64,000 nucleotides of DNA from Camelus ferus (GCF_009834535.1 NC_045696.1:73286001-73350000), one strand, 5' to 3'; positions 24,862 through 38,158 are shown, counted from the stretch's first letter. Numbers and translations: made by a program. The notes: a model not told the origin generated them from the letters alone.

Positions 24862-25761
24862 ATGAGCAAGATGAAGAAGCAGAGAAACCATTCCAAATTA
24901 AAAGAACAAGAGAAATTCCCTGAAAGAACGATCAATGAAATAGACATCGATAACCTACTAGATCAAGATTTCAAAAAAGGAGTGATCAAAGTATTGAAGG
25001 AATTAAAAGAGATAGTGTTTAGAGATATAAAATATGTCAAAAATGAAATTGAAGCTATAAAGAAGAGCCAAGTAGAATTGGTAAACTCATTGGCTGAAAT
25101 GAGAATGGCTCTAAAGGCTGTGCAAAGCAGACTAGATAATGCAGAAGAACGAATTAGTGACCTAGAAGACAGGACAACAGAAAGCACCCAGTCAGAACAA
25201 CTGCAAGATAAACAAATAAAAACAAATGAAAGCAACATAAGGGACCTATGGGATAATATAAAGCGTGCCAATCTTTGCATAATAGGAGTCCCAGAAGGGG
25301 AAGAAAGAACAAAGGGGATTGAAAAGGTTTTTGAAGAAACCATGACTGAAAACTTCCCAAACTTAAAGAAGAAATCAGATATCCAAGTACAGGAAGTTCA
25401 AAGGGTCCCAAACAGGAAGAACCCAAACAGACCCACACCAAGACATATAATCAACATGGCCAGAGTCAAGAATAAAGAAATGATCCTAAAGGCAGCAAGA
25501 GAAAAGCAAACAGTAAGTTACAAGGGAACCCCCATAAGGCTCTCAGCTGATTTCTCTACACAAACACTACAGGCCAGAAGGGAGTGGCAAGATATATTCA
25601 AGGTCCTGAATGAAGAAAAGATGCAGCCTAGGATACTTTATCCAGCAAGGCTATCCTTCAGGATAGAAGGAGACATAAAGAATTTCACAGACAAGCAAAA
25701 ACTACAAGAGTTTAGCAACACTAAACCCATGCTGAAAGAAATATTGAAAGGTCTACTCTAA
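24862..25761 (+). CDS. L1 ORF1p (RNA-binding chaperone), open, 299 aa
   Basis: Coiled coil, then IIGVPEGEE, PTPRHII, ILKAAREK, IRLSADFS, ARREW and YPARLSF motifs. Confidence 0.95.
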   Translation: MSKMKKQRNHSKLKEQEKFPERTINEIDIDNLLDQDFKKGVIKVLKELKEIVFRDIKYVKNEIEAIKKSQVELVNSLAEMRMALKAVQSRLDNAEERISDLEDRTTESTQSEQLQDKQIKTNESNIRDLWDNIKRANLCIIGVPEGEERTKGIEKVFEETMTENFPNLKKKSDIQVQEVQRVPNRKNPNRPTPRHIINMARVKNKEMILKAAREKQTVSYKGTPIRLSADFSTQTLQARREWQDIFKVLNEEKMQPRILYPARLSFRIEGDIKNFTDKQKLQEFSNTKPMLKEILKGLL

Positions 25762-26133
25762 ATAGAAAAGCAGCAGGATGCTACAGAAATGAGAAACTCA
25801 TAACTGGAAAGGTGCTAGCTCATGAATTACAAATAAAATAAACACGAAATTGTAAAAGAAGACATCTAAATCATTAGGAGTGGGAGAGGGAAGCAAGAAA
25901 ATATACAGTTTTTTTTTCTTTGTTAAATTTTTTGTTTTCGGTAGGATGGGTTCGAGATATACTAATGGGCTAATAGACTTACAGAAAAGGGTAACCACAA
26001 GCCAAAAACTTACAAGGGAGTCACAAAAACTAAATAAAATCCATGATAATACAAAGGAAAATTACCAAACCACAGAAGGAAGAAGAAAGGAACAAAGAGG
26101 AAACACCAAATAAACTGCAAAGATAAGTTCAAA

Positions 26134-29100
26134 ATGGCAATAAACACACATCTATCATTAATTACTGTAAATGTTAATGGACTAAATGCTCCAGTCAAAA
26201 GACATAGAGTGGCAGACTGGATAATAAAACAAGAACCTTCAATATGCTGCATACAAGAGACCCACTTTGGGGAGAAGGACATGTCTAGATTGAGAGTGAA
26301 AGGATGGAAAAGGATATTCCATGCAAATGGAAAAACCAAAAAAGCAGGTGTTGCAGTACTGATTTCAGACAAAATAGACTTTAAAGCAAAGGCCATAAAG
26401 ATAGATAAAGAAGGACATTTTATAATGATTAGAGAAATGATACAAGATGAGGATATTATACTCGTTAATATATATGGACACATATAGATTGAGATTGAAA
26501 GGACTGAAAAGGATATTCCATACAAATGGAAAAACCAAAAAAGCAGGTGTTGCAGTACTGATTTCAGACAAAATAGATTTTAAAACAAAGGCCATAAAGA
26601 AAGATAAAGAAGGACATTTTATAATGATTAAAGGAGTGATACAAGATGAGGACATTACACTCATTAATACATATGCACCCAATATAGGAGCACCTAAATA
26701 CATAAAACAATTACTAACAGAGATAAAGGGGGATATTGATGGGAATACAATCATAGTTGGAGATTTTAACACCACATTAACATCACTAGACAGATCTTCC
26801 AGACAGAAAATAAGTAAGGCAACAGAGAAACTAAATAATACAATAGAAAAATTAGACTTGGTGGATATTTTCAGAGCATTACACCCCCCAAAAATAGGAT
26901 ATACATTCTTTTCAAGTGCACATGGAACATTTTCTAGGATTGATCATGTACCTGGGCACAAAAGAAACCTCAGCAATTTTAAGATAGAAATTATCTCAAG
27001 CATTATTACTGACCACAATGCCATGAAACTAGAAATCAACAACAGAGAAATAAAGGAGGAAAAAAGGAAAGCATGGAGATTAAACAATATGCTATTAAAA
27101 AACCAATTCAATGAGGAAATCAAAGCTGAAATTAAAAAATAACTTGAGACAAATGATAATGAAAGCACAACCACACAAAATTTATGGGACACAGCAAAGG
27201 CAGTGCTAAGAGGGAAGTTTATAGCGATACAGGCCTTCCTCAAAAAAGAGCAATCTCAAATAAATAATTTAACCCACCAACTAAAAGAACTTGAAAAAGA
27301 AGAACAAAAACCCCCAAAAGGCAGCAGAAGGAGGGAAATTATAAAGATTAGGGAGGAAATAAATAAAATAGAGATTAAAAAAAAAAAACCATAGAAAAAA
27401 ATCAATCAAACCAAAAGCTGGTTTTTTTAAAAAAGTAAATAAAATCAACAAACTTCTGGCCAAACTCACAAAAAAGAAAAAAGAGAGAGCACAAATCAGC
27501 AAAATAAGAAAGAAAAAGGAGAAAATACAACAAATAAAATAGAAATACAGAATATCATATAAGAATATTATGAAAAACTGTATGTAACCAAACTGGATAA
27601 CCTAGAGGAGATGAGCAAGTTTCTGGAAACATACAGTCCACCAAGATGGAATCAAGAAGAAACTGATCACTTGAACAAACCGATCACTAGAAATGAAATC
27701 GAAATAGCCAAAAAAAACCTCCCTACAAATAAAAGTCCAGGACCGGACACCTTCACCGGGGAATTCTACCTAACATACAAAGAAAAACTCATACCAGTCC
27801 TTCTCAAACTATTCCAGAAGATTGAAAAGGAGGTAATACTCCCAAACTCTTTCTATGAAGCCACCATCACCCTGATACCAAAACCAGGCAAAGACACTAC
27901 TCAAAAAGAGAATTATAGACCAATATCACTGATGAACATAGATGCCAAAATCCTCACCAAAACATTAGCAAATAGAATCCAACAACACATAAAAAAGATT
28001 ATACATCATGACCAAGTGGGGTTCATCCCAGGGACACAAGGGTGGTTGAACATACGCAAATCAATCAATGTAATATATTACATCAACAAGAGAAAGGACA
28101 AAACCCACATGATCATCTCAATAGATGCAGAAAAAGAGTTTGATAAAATACTACACCCATTGATGATAAAAACTCTCACCAAAGTGGGTATAGAGGGAAC
28201 ATATCTCAACATCATAAAAGCTATATATGACAAACCTACAGCCAGCATAGTACTCAATGGTGAAAAACTCAAAAGCTTCCCACTAAAATCTGGGACAAGA
28301 CAAGGATGCCCACTATCACCACTCCTATTCAACATAGTCTTGGAAGTCCTAGCCACAGCAATCAGGCAAGAGAGAGAGAGAAAAGGGATCCAAATTGGAA
28401 AAGAAGAGGTAAAAGTGTCGCTATATGCCAACGACATGTTACTATATATAGAAAACCCTAAAAGGTTCACACAAAAACGACTAGAGCTGATTGAAGAATT
28501 TAGCAAGGTAGCAGGTTACAAGATTAACGTTCAAAAATCAGTTGCATTTCTTTACACTAACAATGAATCAACAGAAAAAGAAAGCAAAGAAACAATCCCC
28601 TTTAAAATAGCATCCAAAGTAATAAAATACCTAGGAATAAATCTAACCAAGGAGGTGAAAGAATTATACACAGAAAACTATAAACCACTGATGAAGGAAA
28701 TTAAAGAAGACTTTAAAAAATGGAAAGATATCCCATGCTCTTGGATTGCAAGAATCAATATTGTTAAAATGGTCACACTGCCCAAGGCAATCTACAGATT
28801 TAATGCAATCCCTATCAAATTACCCAGGACATATTTCACAGAACTAGAACAAATCATAATAAAATCTAGATGGAACCATCAAAGACCTAGAATTGCCAAA
28901 GCATTACTGAAGAGAAAGAAAGAGGCTGGAGGAATAACTCTCCCAGACTTCAGATAATACTATAGAGCTACAGTCATCAGGACAGCATGGTATCGGTACA
29001 AAAACAGACATATCGACCAATGGAACAGAATAGAGAGCCCAAAAATGAACCCACAAACTTTTGGTCAACTCATCTTCAACAAAGGAGGCAAGAATATACA

Positions 29101-30145
29101 ATGGAAGAAAGACAGTCTCTTCAGCAAATGGTGTTGGGAAAACTGGACACCAGCATGTAAAGCAATGAAGCTAGAACACTCCCTTACACCATATACAAAA
29201 ATCAACTCAAAATGGATCAAAGACTTAAACATAAGACAAGATACAATAAACCTCCTAGAAGAAAATATAGGCAAAACATTATCTGACATACATCTCAAAA
29301 ATGTTCTCCTAGAACAGTCTACTCAAGCAATAGAAATAAAAGCAAGAATAAACAAATGGGACCTAACGAAACTTACAAGCTTTTGCACAGCAAAGGAAAC
29401 CATAAGTAAAACAAAAAGACAACCTACGGAATGGGAGAAGATCTTTGCAAATGAAACTGAAAAAGGCTTGATCTCCAGAATATATAAAGAGCTCATACGA
29501 CTTAATAAGAAACAACCAAACAACCCAATCCAAAAATGGGCAAAAGACCTAAACAAGCAATTCTCCAAGGAAGACATACAAATGATCAATAGGCACATGA
29601 AAAAATGCTCAATATCACTAATTATCAGAGAAATGCAAATCAAAACTGCAATGAGGTATCACCTCACACCAGTCAGAATGGCCATCATTCAAAAGTCCAC
29701 AAATGACAAACGCTGGAGAGGCTGTGGAGAAAGGGGAACCCTCCTACACTGCTGGTGGGAATGCAGTTTGGTGCGGCCACTGTGGAAAACAGTATGGAGA
29801 TTCCTCAAAAGACTAGGAATAGACTTACCATAGGACCCAGGAATCCCGCTCCTGGGCATATATCCAGAAGGAACCCTACTTCAGGATGACACCTGCACCC
29901 CAATGTTCATAGCAGCATTATTTACAATAGCCAAGACATGGAGACAGCCTAAATGTCCATCAACGGATGACTGGATAAAGAAGAGGTGGTATATTTATAC
30001 AATGGAATACTACTCAGCCATAAAAACCGACAACATAATGCCATTTGCAGCAACATGGATACTCCTGGAGAATGTCATTCTAAGTGAAGTAAGCCAGAAA
30101 GAGAAAGAAAAATACCATATGAGATCGCTCTTATGGGGAATCTAA
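26134..30145 (+). pseudogene. L1 ORF2 (endonuclease/reverse transcriptase), disrupted
   Basis: NVNGLN...QETH, GDFNT, SRIDH, QGCPLSP. Disrupted by a 199-bp duplication frameshift, stops at 27140, 28955 and 29831, A-run frameshifts and YANDM in place of YADD. Confidence 0.96.
26277..26674 (+). repeat. 199-bp tandem duplication within the ORF2 endonuclease region
   Basis: Copies 26277-26475 and 26476-26674 align without gaps, with about 17 substitutions by hand count. Confidence 0.95.
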
Positions 30146-30475
30146 AGAACGAACGAACAAGCAAAGCATAAATACAAAATAGAAACAGACTCATAGACAT
30201 AGAATACAAAGTTGTGGTTGCCAAGGGGGCAGAGGGTGGGAAGGGACAGACGGGATTTCAAAACTGTAGAATAGATAAACAAGATTATACTGTATAGCAC
30301 AGGGAAATAAATACAAGATCTTATGGTAGCTCACAGAGAAAAAAATGTGACAATGAATATATATATATATGTTCATGTATAAGTGAAAATTGTGATCTAC
30401 AGTGGAATTTGACACAACATTGTAAAATGATGATAAATCAATAAAAAATGTTATAAAAAATTTGGAAAGCTCTAT

Positions 30476-30688
30476 ATCAATGGTTCCCATGTGAAGGGAA
30501 TTTTGCTCCCCAGAAGACATTTGGCAGTGTCTGGAGACATTTTTAGTTGCCACAACTGGGAGAGGGTGGATGAATGGAATCTATTGGGTAGAAATGAGGG
30601 ATGATGCTAAACATCCCATTAATGCACAGATCAGCAATTATCCAATCCCAAAAGTCAATAATCCTGAGGCAAAAAAACCCCTGTTCTA
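30476..30688. mobile_element. MER20 DNA transposon
   Basis: ttttgctccccagaagacatttggcagtgtctggagacattttt...gatgctaaacatcc. Confidence 0.85.
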
Positions 30689-30979
30689 CACTCTTTTATA
30701 ATTATTACTTACTTTTATGCAGTGAGCTACCAGTGACCTTGACTTCCCTACTGTATTCTCTGTCAACAGTTCAGGGTCTTACTAAGAGGTTTCTTCTTCA
30801 ATCAATCCCCAAGAAATGTAACCACAATAACTGCCTCTTTAAGTACACGGCTTTGTCTAGTTTATCACTCTTCTCTTACCAACACGTACAAATCACATGC
30901 CTATAGAGAAAGACTAGTAAACTATGACTTGAACATGAAAAACCCTAGACACCTGACTTCTTTAATTGTATCATTTAAG

Positions 30980-31123
30980 GGTTCTACTTCATATGAATTG
31001 GTAAAGATTTGTGGGTCCCAACAGGAAGACAGGAGCCTGGCATTCAAGAAATAACTGGCAAAATAATGCTGTTGGATTAGGTTGAATACCTGTGCAGCTG
31101 CTTCGTGAACAATCATTAACAAG
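30980..31123 (+). pseudogene. Repeat B: C-linker exon
   Basis: Acceptor tgtatcatttaag, donor aag|gtcaga. Reads DLWVPTGRQEPGIQEITGKIMLLD*VEYLCSCF, then after a 1-nt shift TIINK, which joins the next exon as IINK|VP*F. Confidence 0.6.
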
Positions 31124-31912
31124 GTCAGAGAATATGCTAGAAACTCACAAAAGCAAAACAGCTATCTGACTAAGCTGTTTGACTTATTAGTATTGTTTTG
31201 ATTTTTCAGCATCTCAGTTTCTCCCTCTGAAAAATGAGACTTGGGAAGGGGAGTCACAATCATGAACAAGGATGATTTCTGATACTTGCTCTCATCAGTG
31301 TTGTCGCTATTGAGGGGACAGGACAGCATGTCTCCCTTTCCTATCCAGGTGAAGAACCATGAAAAAATGAAAATACATGTTTCCTTCATATGTCCTGGAT
31401 ATATGGCTTCACTGCACATGTTCATAAATGAAATAAAATAGATCATCTCCAAATTACCACTGAAAAGTCGACTTAGTTAAGTTAAAAGAATGGAACAGTT
31501 AATTCAATGGTCTGAAAAAAAAAATCAAACAGCTGTTTGACTCAGGCTGTGTCTAAATATATAAACTGATCTGGCTGGTTAAGTCAGTCAGTGGTTCATG
31601 AAGCTGGTGAAAAGAGATCATTTGAAGAGATGATGCTCTTTTAGTCTCAAAGAGATATAACTTTAACCTGGCTCTAAGTGAATCACAAAATTACGTCTCT
31701 CTCTAAAATTATACAGGCAATTATGAATATCCCAATTAATAAAAAGAGAAATGCCTTTATTTGCTCAGTGGACAGGGATATTAGAAACAAGGAGAAGTGC
31801 ACATGCTATTCAATAGGCATATGATTAAACCTAGATGATTCAGACAGAAATCCTATTCATAGAGAGAGCAATTTATCCCAATGAAATCACCCTTTGTGTT
31901 TGGTTGATGCAG

Positions 31913-32110
31913 AAGGTGCCTTAATTTCTCTGACATATAAAGAAGGTAGATCTTGATGTCCAAATATACCATGCAGAATGTAGGCATTTTCACACATTGT
32001 CGTCAGATAAGGAATTGGAGTACATTTTTAAAGACTCTTGGGAGGCCACTGAACTTGGATCATTCTTAGCTAAGTTATCTAAAACACTTCAAATACTTTA
32101 AAATAAAACT
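31913..32110 (+). pseudogene. Repeat B: CNBD exon
   Basis: NAGNAG acceptor (cagaag). A single frame reads VP*FL*HIKKVDLDVQIYHAECRHFHTLSSDKELEYIFKDSWEATELGSFLAKL; the IY...(G)KE(M)xxI..(G)..E....G...A.L spacing matches CNBD beta1-beta6. Confidence 0.55.
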
Positions 32111-33073
32111 AATCCCCGCACTGGTGGGTTGAAAACTTTTCCTATCCCCAGGGCACTAAAATAATACCCTTTTGAACAGTAGGTGAAGTATTTTTAGGCG
32201 ACAGCTCTCTAGTTATAACAAGGCAAGTCAATTTTTAGGAATTAGGGATGCTAATCACAGTGTCTCAAGATGTGCATTGCCGGGGAGTGAAATATAAGAC
32301 CACAAACTGACATGACTGCAATGTGCTACGCTCCCTCGAAGGAGATGTAAATGGGAGGGAGACTCGGCTTCCTGTCCTGCCACGGCTTGATCCATCATAA
32401 AGGTCAAGATAATTGGCCACATACTGCAAAATCAACACCACTCTCTCTCCCCTAGCCTAGCAGATAAATGTAGAAACTCAGCTTCCTGCAGGGCTAAGTG
32501 GTGGCTAGCCCAGATGGAGGAGGAGAAGGTCTGAAAATATGCATGTAAGAACACAAGGCCCTGTAATGATGCCATCAAATTTAGCATTAAATATATTTCG
32601 CAATCAATTGAGATACTGTAGGTTGCCCCCAAACATGCGTGAAATACTTCCAGGGTCTTACCAGACTGCATACTCTCTCATGTTTATGCCTTTCTAGTGT
32701 TTTTGGACTTCAAAAACTCTCAATACTATAAATGTACTTGTGTTAACAAATGGAACTGCAATAAATGCAAATTCTGGTTTAATGTCATTATTAAAGTATA
32801 ACTATTTGAGAATTCAATTTCCCTGAAATGTCCCATCTTACAACTCAAAGCTAAGGGAGGCATTGACTAAAACAAAGGGTGTCAGAAAATTCACATAAAA
32901 GTAAAAAAGTAAGTGAGGTACTAAAAGTTGCCAAATAGATTGAGTTTCATATCTAACAGTAACCTATTACAGAGATTACCAAAGGCATACATTTATTTTA
33001 AAATGTGAAGTCCATGATTAAGATGTAAAGTGAACAAGACCATCAATTTATGTCACCATTCAATGGTTGTATA

Positions 33074-33250
33074 CGGGACCTCAGGGGTGTGAAACCTTTG
33101 CAGTTACACAAGGACATTGGCTCAGGGGGGCTCTGCATTTGGTTTAATGGTCTGTTGTTGCTGTATTGAAATTCTTAATACTTTTTAATAAACAAAGGTC
33201 CTTGCATTTTCATTTTGTACTGAGACCCTCTTATCATGTAGCCAATCCTA
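33074..33250. mobile_element. MER91A-like DNA transposon
   Basis: ttggtttaatggtctgttgttgctgtattgaaattcttaata...gcattttcattttgtactg. Confidence 0.75.
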
Positions 33251-34094
33251 ACTGTATGAACAATTTAATTCCCACAAAAATGTTCCTATCTTAGACTTTC
33301 CAATAAGAATCTTCGTAAGAAATATCACCTTCAAAGGATAACCTGCCCAGAATAGAAGGCAACGTCAATGAGAAGGGAACATATTTTGGGAAAGTCAAAA
33401 ATGTAAAGACAAAAAATAATAATGGACTTTGAAGAAATGATTGACCCTTCTACTCCCAGGAAGTTGAGTTAAAAATCTTAATATAGAAAAGCAGCTCTTT
33501 GATTGCTAACCTGAAGTCACTGTGGGGAAAAAGAAATCCAATGTTCGAGCCATAGGACATTGAGAAGCAAATTAATTTGAGTTCTTTTCTGAAGTTCACT
33601 TAAAGGGACTGACTGGAACCATTTCAAAAAGCACAGTTAAAGTGCTGCTGATGTATGCTCAAGTTGGTCCTAATTAGCACTCGGAGTAGGTCTGTCACAG
33701 CGTTTTGGAGAGTAAGCAGAAGCATTAAAACTACACCCACGTATTAGCAGTGATTGAAAGTATGCCACTGGGTGAGAGTGGGCAAGATTATTTATTTTAT
33801 AAAACGGGAGAGCTAAGCATGGAGAAAGACCTTGCAAGAGAAAAAGTGGGCACATCTGAGGAAAGTGTATGAGGAAAATAACTGAAAACAGGATGAAAAG
33901 AGTACTGTAGCCTACAACACGCTCAAAAGAGCCAGCGAAGACTTAGGACACGGGCACTAATGAGCACTAATAAGCTCTCCAGGATTTGAGGCCTAAGGCT
34001 ATTAGTGTATTTAAAGTTCTCACACTTGTTCACAATAAGTTATATATCCAGGCAATCCTCCCTCCAGGAAGATAAGTTGTGCTCAGATGCAGAA

Positions 34095-34300
34095 TAGTAA
34101 CTAATGTATGTACAGTGCATCATAATTTACATACATGATCTTTTACATAAAAGATTTTTTACGCTAATAACATCCCTGTAATGTGCATAGTATAATGCCA
34201 CTTGACAGATGAGATAATGAGGCTCAGAAAAGGAAAGTGAATTCCCTAAGAATGCCAAGTCAGAAGGTAATAATCATCTTATTCCAAGACCTGTGCTTTT
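34095..34300. mobile_element. MIR SINE
   Basis: acagatgagataatgaggctcagaaa core. Confidence 0.7.
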
Positions 34301-35269
34301 CCCAACATAAATGTAGTGCATGGCATGGAATATGTTCTAATATTAAAACAAGGTTAACAATAATAATAATAACCACAGGAGCTCTTCTGAGGCCCTTTCT
34401 TTCTTTCCTTCTTCTCACCACCCACCCACCCATCCATCTACCCATCCATCTGTCCATTGAACACATAAACTTCTGGGTGAATTCTGGTTTTAAAAAGATA
34501 AGCACTTCAAAGTTTTTTCTAGATCTGCCATTATTACACAGTGTTTTTAGAAATGACACTTGCAATGTGTCCATTCAGCCGATTGTTACTTTCTCAACTG
34601 TCCTGAGGATGGCAATCAGGGATAATTGAGGATGTGACCGAAGTGGCTCTCCCGTGACTCTCAGTGAGTATGACTGGTACTGCAGTGAGGCTGGTAGGCA
34701 ACCGACACTAAGTACATATCGTAGACTAAGGAGAAGTTGGGTTTTGTAGCTCTTTGCTTCTGCCCTTGCCCCTGTCCTCCTCAATCTCTACTCCATCTCC
34801 CAATCCTGCTAATAAAATGTAACTTTTGTAACTTTTAACTGAGATGCTGACTAAGACCTTCAAAGACCTTGCATTTTAACAGGGAATTTTATAAAGGAAA
34901 AATAAAAGGAGAGCACAAAAGGGGGAAGGAGAGAATGCGAGGAGAGGGGTAAGTACTTGGAATTTCCCTGCTCAGCATTTCTACTCTCCATTCCTAGTCT
35001 GGGGTTTCCAAGAACCTAGATAACTACCAGTCTTCATGTCTCTCCACTTCCAATTAGTCTATAAGAGAATGGCTAACTAAGGCTTGGCACCCCTACCCCA
35101 GCCAGGTTGCTAATACTGCTCTAAACTGTAGCTCTTAAATGAGGTCAGAATACAGATACTATAAGTTGCACTGTGTGCGTAAGAAACAATCTTCTTTCCT
35201 ACACTGCATTTTGGTCAAAAATTAAGATGGGAAATTTAGATTAGAAGCTAAAGAATGCAATTTTCCTCA

Positions 35270-36620
35270 TATCCTCCTTTCTCATCAGCTCACTGCATTC
35301 TGGTTTCTGTCCCCACCACACCCCTGAAATTGACCTCATCAAGGTCACTATCAATCTTGTTATTTCTGACACCATGAACCACTGTTTTGTTCTTGAAATG
35401 CTTTTGTCCTTTTACTTTCTTGACACTCTATGTTCTTGACATCCACCTACCTGTGTGGCTGCCCATCTCCTCTGCATACCTTGCTCCCCTCTGTCAGTCT
35501 CACTAAGGTTGGCCTTCCAGAGGGACTTATCCTGCCTTTTGATCTCTTCCACTATACAGTCTCCTTAGGTGTCCTCACATCTTACCAGTTTCAGTTACTC
35601 TCCACATGCTAAGTCCAAGAATCCCATCTGAGTCTGATTTTTTTCTTATCTGAGCTTCAAACCTGCAACTATACCCACCAATTGAAAATTACTACTAGTT
35701 TATCCCAGAGATGTCTCAGTTTAACATGACTAAAGCTGAACTGTTATTCCTAAACCTAAATTCAATCTCCTTTTTTCCCTGACCTAATGAATGGAAGTAC
35801 TACCAAGTCAGACACTTGGGCATAATTCTTGACCCTGTTATGCCTCACTTCATCTCTTATTGAATCCTATAAACTCTACCTCCCAAATTTCACTCTAGTC
35901 CATCCACTTCTCTCCATCTCCACTGCTAGAGCTTCGGTGCAGACCAGCCTCATCTCTTGGCTACATCTCTTGCTCTGGTCCAGACCACACTCATCTCTTG
36001 CCTACATTACTGTGTGATGGATGGTCTCTTACCAAGCCCCTTTGCCTCTTGCTCTGTCCACCTCCATCTTCCACATCACAGCCTGAGTAATGGTTCTTAA
36101 ATGTAAATTTGATCATGTCCTTCTCCAACTTTCGCTGGCTCTCCATTGAGCTCACAGGGCTATGTATAATCTGACTACTGCTAACCTCCCCCAGCCTAAT
36201 CTCTCTGACTCAGCACTGGTCCTGATATTTCAGTCACACTGAATCTTCCTTGCATGTTCCTCTCTTTGCCTTTTCCCCAGGCCTTTCCACATTCGATTCT
36301 TTTTTCCCTGAAATTTCTTCATCATGCTTCCTGTCTCCATTTAGACATCATTTCCTCCCCAAAGTCTTTTCTGACACTATCTCTCAGTGCCTTGCTTCAG
36401 GCTCAGCCACCTCCTCTCTTTGCTTCTGGAGCCCCTCTATTGCCTTAATGCCAAGATATGTCATCTTCAGATGACCACTTACTAATCTATAACCTCACCG
36501 GACACTGCTATATGAGGACATAGTCTTGTCTATTATAGTTCACGCTTGTGTTCTCAGCACTTAACAGAGAGCCTGCAACAAAGTAGGTACTTATTATGTA
36601 GTCCTTGAAGGAGTAAGTGG
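35270..36620 (+). mobile_element. L2 LINE relic
   Basis: Pyrimidine-rich L2 motifs (caaggtcactatc, catccacttctctccatctccactg, aaatgtaaatttgatcatgtc), ending cagcacttaacagagagcctg...agtaggtact. Confidence 0.8.
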
Positions 36621-37181
36621 ACTTGGTGGTAAATCCATTTTTTTCAAAAAGCTTTACATTGTAAAGTTAGATAAGATTTTTTTTTTTTAGTGAAACATAC
36701 ATAATAAAAATTAACCAACAAATAAACCCTATGATTCAGAGAATCCTGTTTCTGAGGAACATTCAACCTCAAAGCTGAGCATTTGTATTTTTTGGCCACT
36801 AATAAAGAACTGTGCTGATATGGTTTGTGACATCTGCCTGAGAGTACTAGCCACAGGTCAGTAAGCCCATTAAAAACCAAAAAGAGTGCGTAGTGCAGAC
36901 GAGGGTGCAGAGGGGACCAAGCAGTTTGCAGGGTCATGAATGGCTGAAGTTTCTGTTTCTATGGATATGCTTTGGGTCACTTATGCCCTAACCCCCAACC
37001 CCATCATTCTTTCTTCTCCTTTATAGCAGGGTTGGACTCCATATAGCACATGGACTCAGCCCCTTCTTTTGGCCCCATCCTGCTCCCAACACTGGAGCTG
37101 AAAATGCAGCTCAGCTTCATGACGGGTAAGGTGGCAGGGTATGTTCATCTTGAGACTGCTGAGAACTGGGCTAACTTGGGA

Positions 37182-37648
37182 GGCACTAACCATATGAGGC
37201 CATTGAGAACTTGAAATGTGGCTAGTGAGACAGAGGGGTGAGTTTTAAATTAAATTAAATTTAAATTTAAAACTAAATTTAATGGAAAACTTCTAAATAT
37301 GTCTGGAACAACTTGGATATGTGAGTTTGCTTTTTCAATTGTCAATTTATGGAATTGAAATCAAGTCTTTCTAATCAAAACTCAGCTCCCATGTTAAGAT
37401 GTGCTACAAGTGTAAAATACACACCAAATTTTGAAGCTTCAGTAAGGAAAAAAAGAATGTAAGCTATCTCATTAATTTTTTTGTATTGATTACATGTTAA
37501 AATGATACTGTTTTGGATACATGTGGTTAAAGAAAGTGTATTATTAAAATTAATTTTACCTGTTTCTTTTTAGCTTTTTTAATGATACTACTGAAAATTT
37601 TAAATTATACATGCAATTCTCATTATATTTCTTTTGAACAGCATTTGT
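37182..37648. mobile_element. hAT-Charlie (Charlie1/MER33-like) relic
   Basis: cttgaaatgtggctagtg; agatgtgctacaagtgtaaaatacacacca; ttattaaaattaattttacctgtttcttttta. Confidence 0.8.
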
Positions 37649-37754
37649 TTAGGGGCCAGGCTAGGCCTACAGGCAGATGTGCAAGGAGACTGGCAGCCTG
37701 TAATCCTTTCTGCTTTGTCACTTATGAAAGTGACAAGACTTAACGACAACCCTA

Positions 37755-37970
37755 CATCATTAGCTAATGTGTTGAACACTTACTAAGTGCCAGATACTGT
37801 TCTAAATTCCTGATAGTGAATAGTTCTCATAACTACTCTATGATGAGACTATTTTTATTCCACTTAAAAGATGAAGAAGCTGAGGCATACAGTTGAAGTA
37901 GCTTGTCTCACAGTTTGTAACTAGCAAACCCAGAATTTGAACCCAGACATATCTAACTTCAGAGCTTCAC
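37755..37970. mobile_element. MIR SINE
   Basis: acttactaagtgccagatactgttcta...agatgaagaagctgaggc...gaatttgaacccag. Confidence 0.8.
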
Positions 37971-38158
37971 ATCAGTGAAATGACAAGCTCACACTTCAAA
38001 TGTGCAAGACACTCAGGGTGGTACTTTTCTGAGCTCTATTTAAGGAGACAATGTAACAGTTGTTAATACAGTATATACCATGTATTGTTATTAAGTCAAA
38101 GGATTAAGCTGGGCACTCTACTTACTACTGAAAAAGAATGAAGTTTGCTTTTTTGTAG

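Larger units (their letters stand above)
22936..30461 (+). mobile_element. Full-length young L1 (LINE-1), retrotransposition-defective
   Basis: Starts with ggggccaagatgg; has 5'UTR, ORF1, ORF2, 3'UTR, aataaa and an A-tail. Target-site duplication core ttggaaagct at 22926-22935 and 30462-30471. Confidence 0.97.

Noticed and set aside
24963..29643. Minus-strand ORFs overlapping L1 ORF1/ORF2
   Set aside because: Antisense shadows of L1 coding sequence.
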